Assembly: GCF_009914755.1 (NCBI RefSeq)
Contig: NC_060929.1
Source of the DNA: the human T2T-CHM13v2.0 reference genome, Homo sapiens
DNA length: 64,000 nt
Direction: 5' to 3' (one strand)
The translations under genes were made by a program, and so were the position numbers. This document shows positions 61,601 through 64,000 of the stretch, one piece after another; position 1 is the stretch's first letter, and every line of letters starts with the position of its first letter. The notes beneath the pieces are model-generated. The model had not been told where the DNA came from, did no database searches, and worked only from the letters and a program-made list of their open reading frames with translations.

Positions 61601-62839
61601 CTAACATGATCAGAACTGCATTGTAAAACAAGAGGGGGTCTGAGGATCAGATATCTCCTAGAAGCTCGGTAAACTGCAGCTCACTAGGAAGTGGCCGGCA
61701 CTCTCCCTGCATGGGGCAGTGTGGAGACCAGACTCCCCACAAATGCCCTGCGGCAGCTTCTTCAGGGATGGTGTGACACAAACATTCAGTAACATCTCAA
61801 GTTCCAAAGACTGCTAAAACCCATGCATATTTTAACATCTGGGCTTTTTCATTTCAATGTATTTTCTTAGCTTATTTTTCAAGTATGATAGACGAACTGA
61901 TTCCATGGAGACTAGACATTCTTGGGCAAAGCTGAAATCCTCCTTCTATCGAACCCCTGGGAAACTTGAAGACCATGAAGAGGGTCAGCTGGGAGTCAAG
62001 GTTCCTTTACTGCCTTGTCTTTCATTCAATTCTCCTTCAGGAAGCTGTACAGCTGGGACTCAGCACCAAGCAGAAGAAACCACGGGGAAGTGACTACTTT
62101 TACATGGCACTTACTGTCTGGGAACCTCTACTAGGTTGTGGAAAGCACACACAGAAACCAGAAGACAAATTCTTTTGCTTTAGTGCTGCAAACACCCAGG
62201 ATGGCAACTGGAAGGCTGAACAATGTGTAGTGTTAACGCAAAAGCAGAATAAGGCGGGGGCAAAACCTCAAGACCACATTCTCCTAGTGACAGTAGTCTG
62301 GCTAGATTTAAGTGCCACCCCAGGCATCAGAGAATTCAGCCACCCGGCAGCTCCTGAAAGGACTCAACTCTCATTTTGGCTCCAACATTCAGGTGATCCA
62401 CTGCCCTGAGGGTTTCTACTCCCAACCCACGGGATAATGCGAGATCAACTCAAGCCAATCCGGGTACCTCTCAAAGCACCCAACTTACTAAGAAGAGTAA
62501 GGAAAACTGAAGTGCACTGATTTAAAAGTGTCGTATCAAAATGATTTAAACCTAAACTGTGTTCTAAAACAAATGCTCAAGCCACTGAGGCATATTTTAA
62601 TCTCCTTCAGGTTGCCCATTGGGAAAGTCTACTGTTTGTTCCCTATTGCCTTTACGTTTAGATAATGCTCAATCCTATGGTGGTCTGCATGCCAATGGCA
62701 GGGTTGCCTGGGGCTTCCAGGGTCTAGTTGACAACTCTGTGTCTCTCCAAGGGAAGCCAAGGGGTCTGGCTGCTCATGGCCACAGGTTGCCATTTAGTGC
62801 ATTACTGCTCTGTGACCTAGCATAACTTACGCTACTTGG

Positions 62840-63080
62840 GATGAACGTTCTTCCACTTATTGAAAATCTGCTCCATGCCAGAAACCATGCTAGGTGGGAG
62901 ATGGTACCAAAAGGAACTCACAGACAAGAGGAAAAAGATGTGCACAAACAAGTACGTAAAGCTCACCATGACAAGTCCAATGTGTTGTGTGAGCACAGAG
63001 AAGTGGCCATTCATTTTGCTGCGAAGCAAAAAAAGGTTACACTCTGAAAAGCCTCTCATTCAGACAGTTGATAAACAGGT
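62840..63080 (-). mobile_element. L2 relic
   Basis: cacttattgaaaatctgctccatgccagaaaccatgctaggtgg.gagat..., typical of an antisense L2 3' end. Confidence 0.5.
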
Positions 63081-63089
63081 GAAATTTGG

Positions 63090-63400
63090 GGCCAGGTGTG
63101 GTGGGTTATGCCTGTAATCCCAGCACTTTGGGAGGCCAACGCAGGCGGATCACTTGAGGTCAGGAGTTCAAGACCAGCTTGGCCAATATGGCGAAACCTT
63201 GTCTCTACTAAAGATACAAAAATTAGCTGTGTGTGGTGGCACATGCATGTAGTCCCAGCTACTCAGGAGGCTGAGGCAGGAGAATGGCTTGATCCTGGGA
63301 GATGGAGGTTGCAGTGAGCCAAGATCACGCCACTGCACTCCAGCCTGGCCTACAGAGCAAGACTCCATCTCAAAAAAAAAAAAAAAGAAAAAAGAAAAAA
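63090..63400 (+). mobile_element. AluS (Sz-like)
   Basis: Full dimer, ggatcacttgaggtcaggagttc; TSD gaaatttgg. Confidence 0.93.
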
Positions 63401-63699
63401 AGAAATTTGGGCTGGATCTTAAAGGAGGAAAAGGAATTCTAAAGCACTGACCTAAACAGAAGAGAAAAGGGTGTTGAAACAAAGGAAAGAGGGCTGAGTA
63501 ATGAGAAAGCCAGCCATGCCCAGGAGCAAGCCAGCAAGGTAAACATCTTTATCAGGCCACTCACAACAGCCACAGGGACCAATTTACACCTTTCTTAGAG
63601 AAGATGCTGCCCCACATTTAAGGATTTTCTTTCTATTGAATGAGAACATCGGGTGGTTATCAGAGTGCATTGTCATATCTAGGTATAAGGACAACCCAC

Positions 63700-63804
63700 C
63701 TGGCTGTGAGCAGTCCCAGGTCCCTCGCTTGCATGAGGTGCTTCTTAACAAAATGCAGAAACCATAGGCCAGCTGTCAACTCAAGAGTCTGATTCCCAAC
63801 TCAC
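63700..63804 (-). other. Candidate recursive-splice site with 105-nt RS-exon
   Basis: Minus strand: aatgactttttccaattgtttttCAG|GTGAGT... and a downstream CAG|GTGGGT; stops in all three frames. Confidence 0.25.
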
Positions 63805-64000
63805 CTGAAAAACAATTGGAAAAAGTCATTTTTATTATTAACGGGAGTAGCCAGTCTTTCGATGGTTCCAACAGAAACCTGCAGTCTATGGCTAAGCTCT
63901 TTGGTCTCAGAGCAGAAAACAAGTCTAGTGTTACCTGGCCAAGGGGCTGGATCAAACAGACCTAGGTGACAATGCTAGTTTACAACTCAGTGACAGGGTA

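Overview
This is primate non-coding DNA, almost certainly human, because it carries an AluYa5 with all five diagnostic bases. I found no convincing protein-coding exon, RNA gene or CpG island. The visibly A/C-rich + strand and several good minus-strand splice signals suggest the interior of a long intron of a gene transcribed on the minus strand; the gene is not identifiable from this window. Repeats dominate: a full-length, inactivated L1PA2/PA3-type LINE-1 (10810-17128, minus) with an AluYa5 in its 5'UTR/ORF0, a 3' L1PA fragment, about 25 Alu/FLAM copies, MIR, L2 and L1M relics, hAT transposons (MER1B, MER20, Charlie), an MLT1 LTR, a MamSINE1 and micro/minisatellites. The most unusual unexplained structure is a diverged inverted repeat with arms of about 200 and 180 bp (32826-33030 / 33915-34096) and a 21-bp perfect core. 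I cannot assign it to a repeat family. One arm is a chain of short palindromes, the loop holds a candidate 36-nt exon, and the whole lies inside an inverted Alu pair. Also notable are an in-frame L1 ORF0-AluYa5 chimeric ORF, candidate recursive-splice sites and microexons, and a minisatellite that repeats a 5' splice site. All repeat-family calls come from recalled consensus sequences, not from a search.
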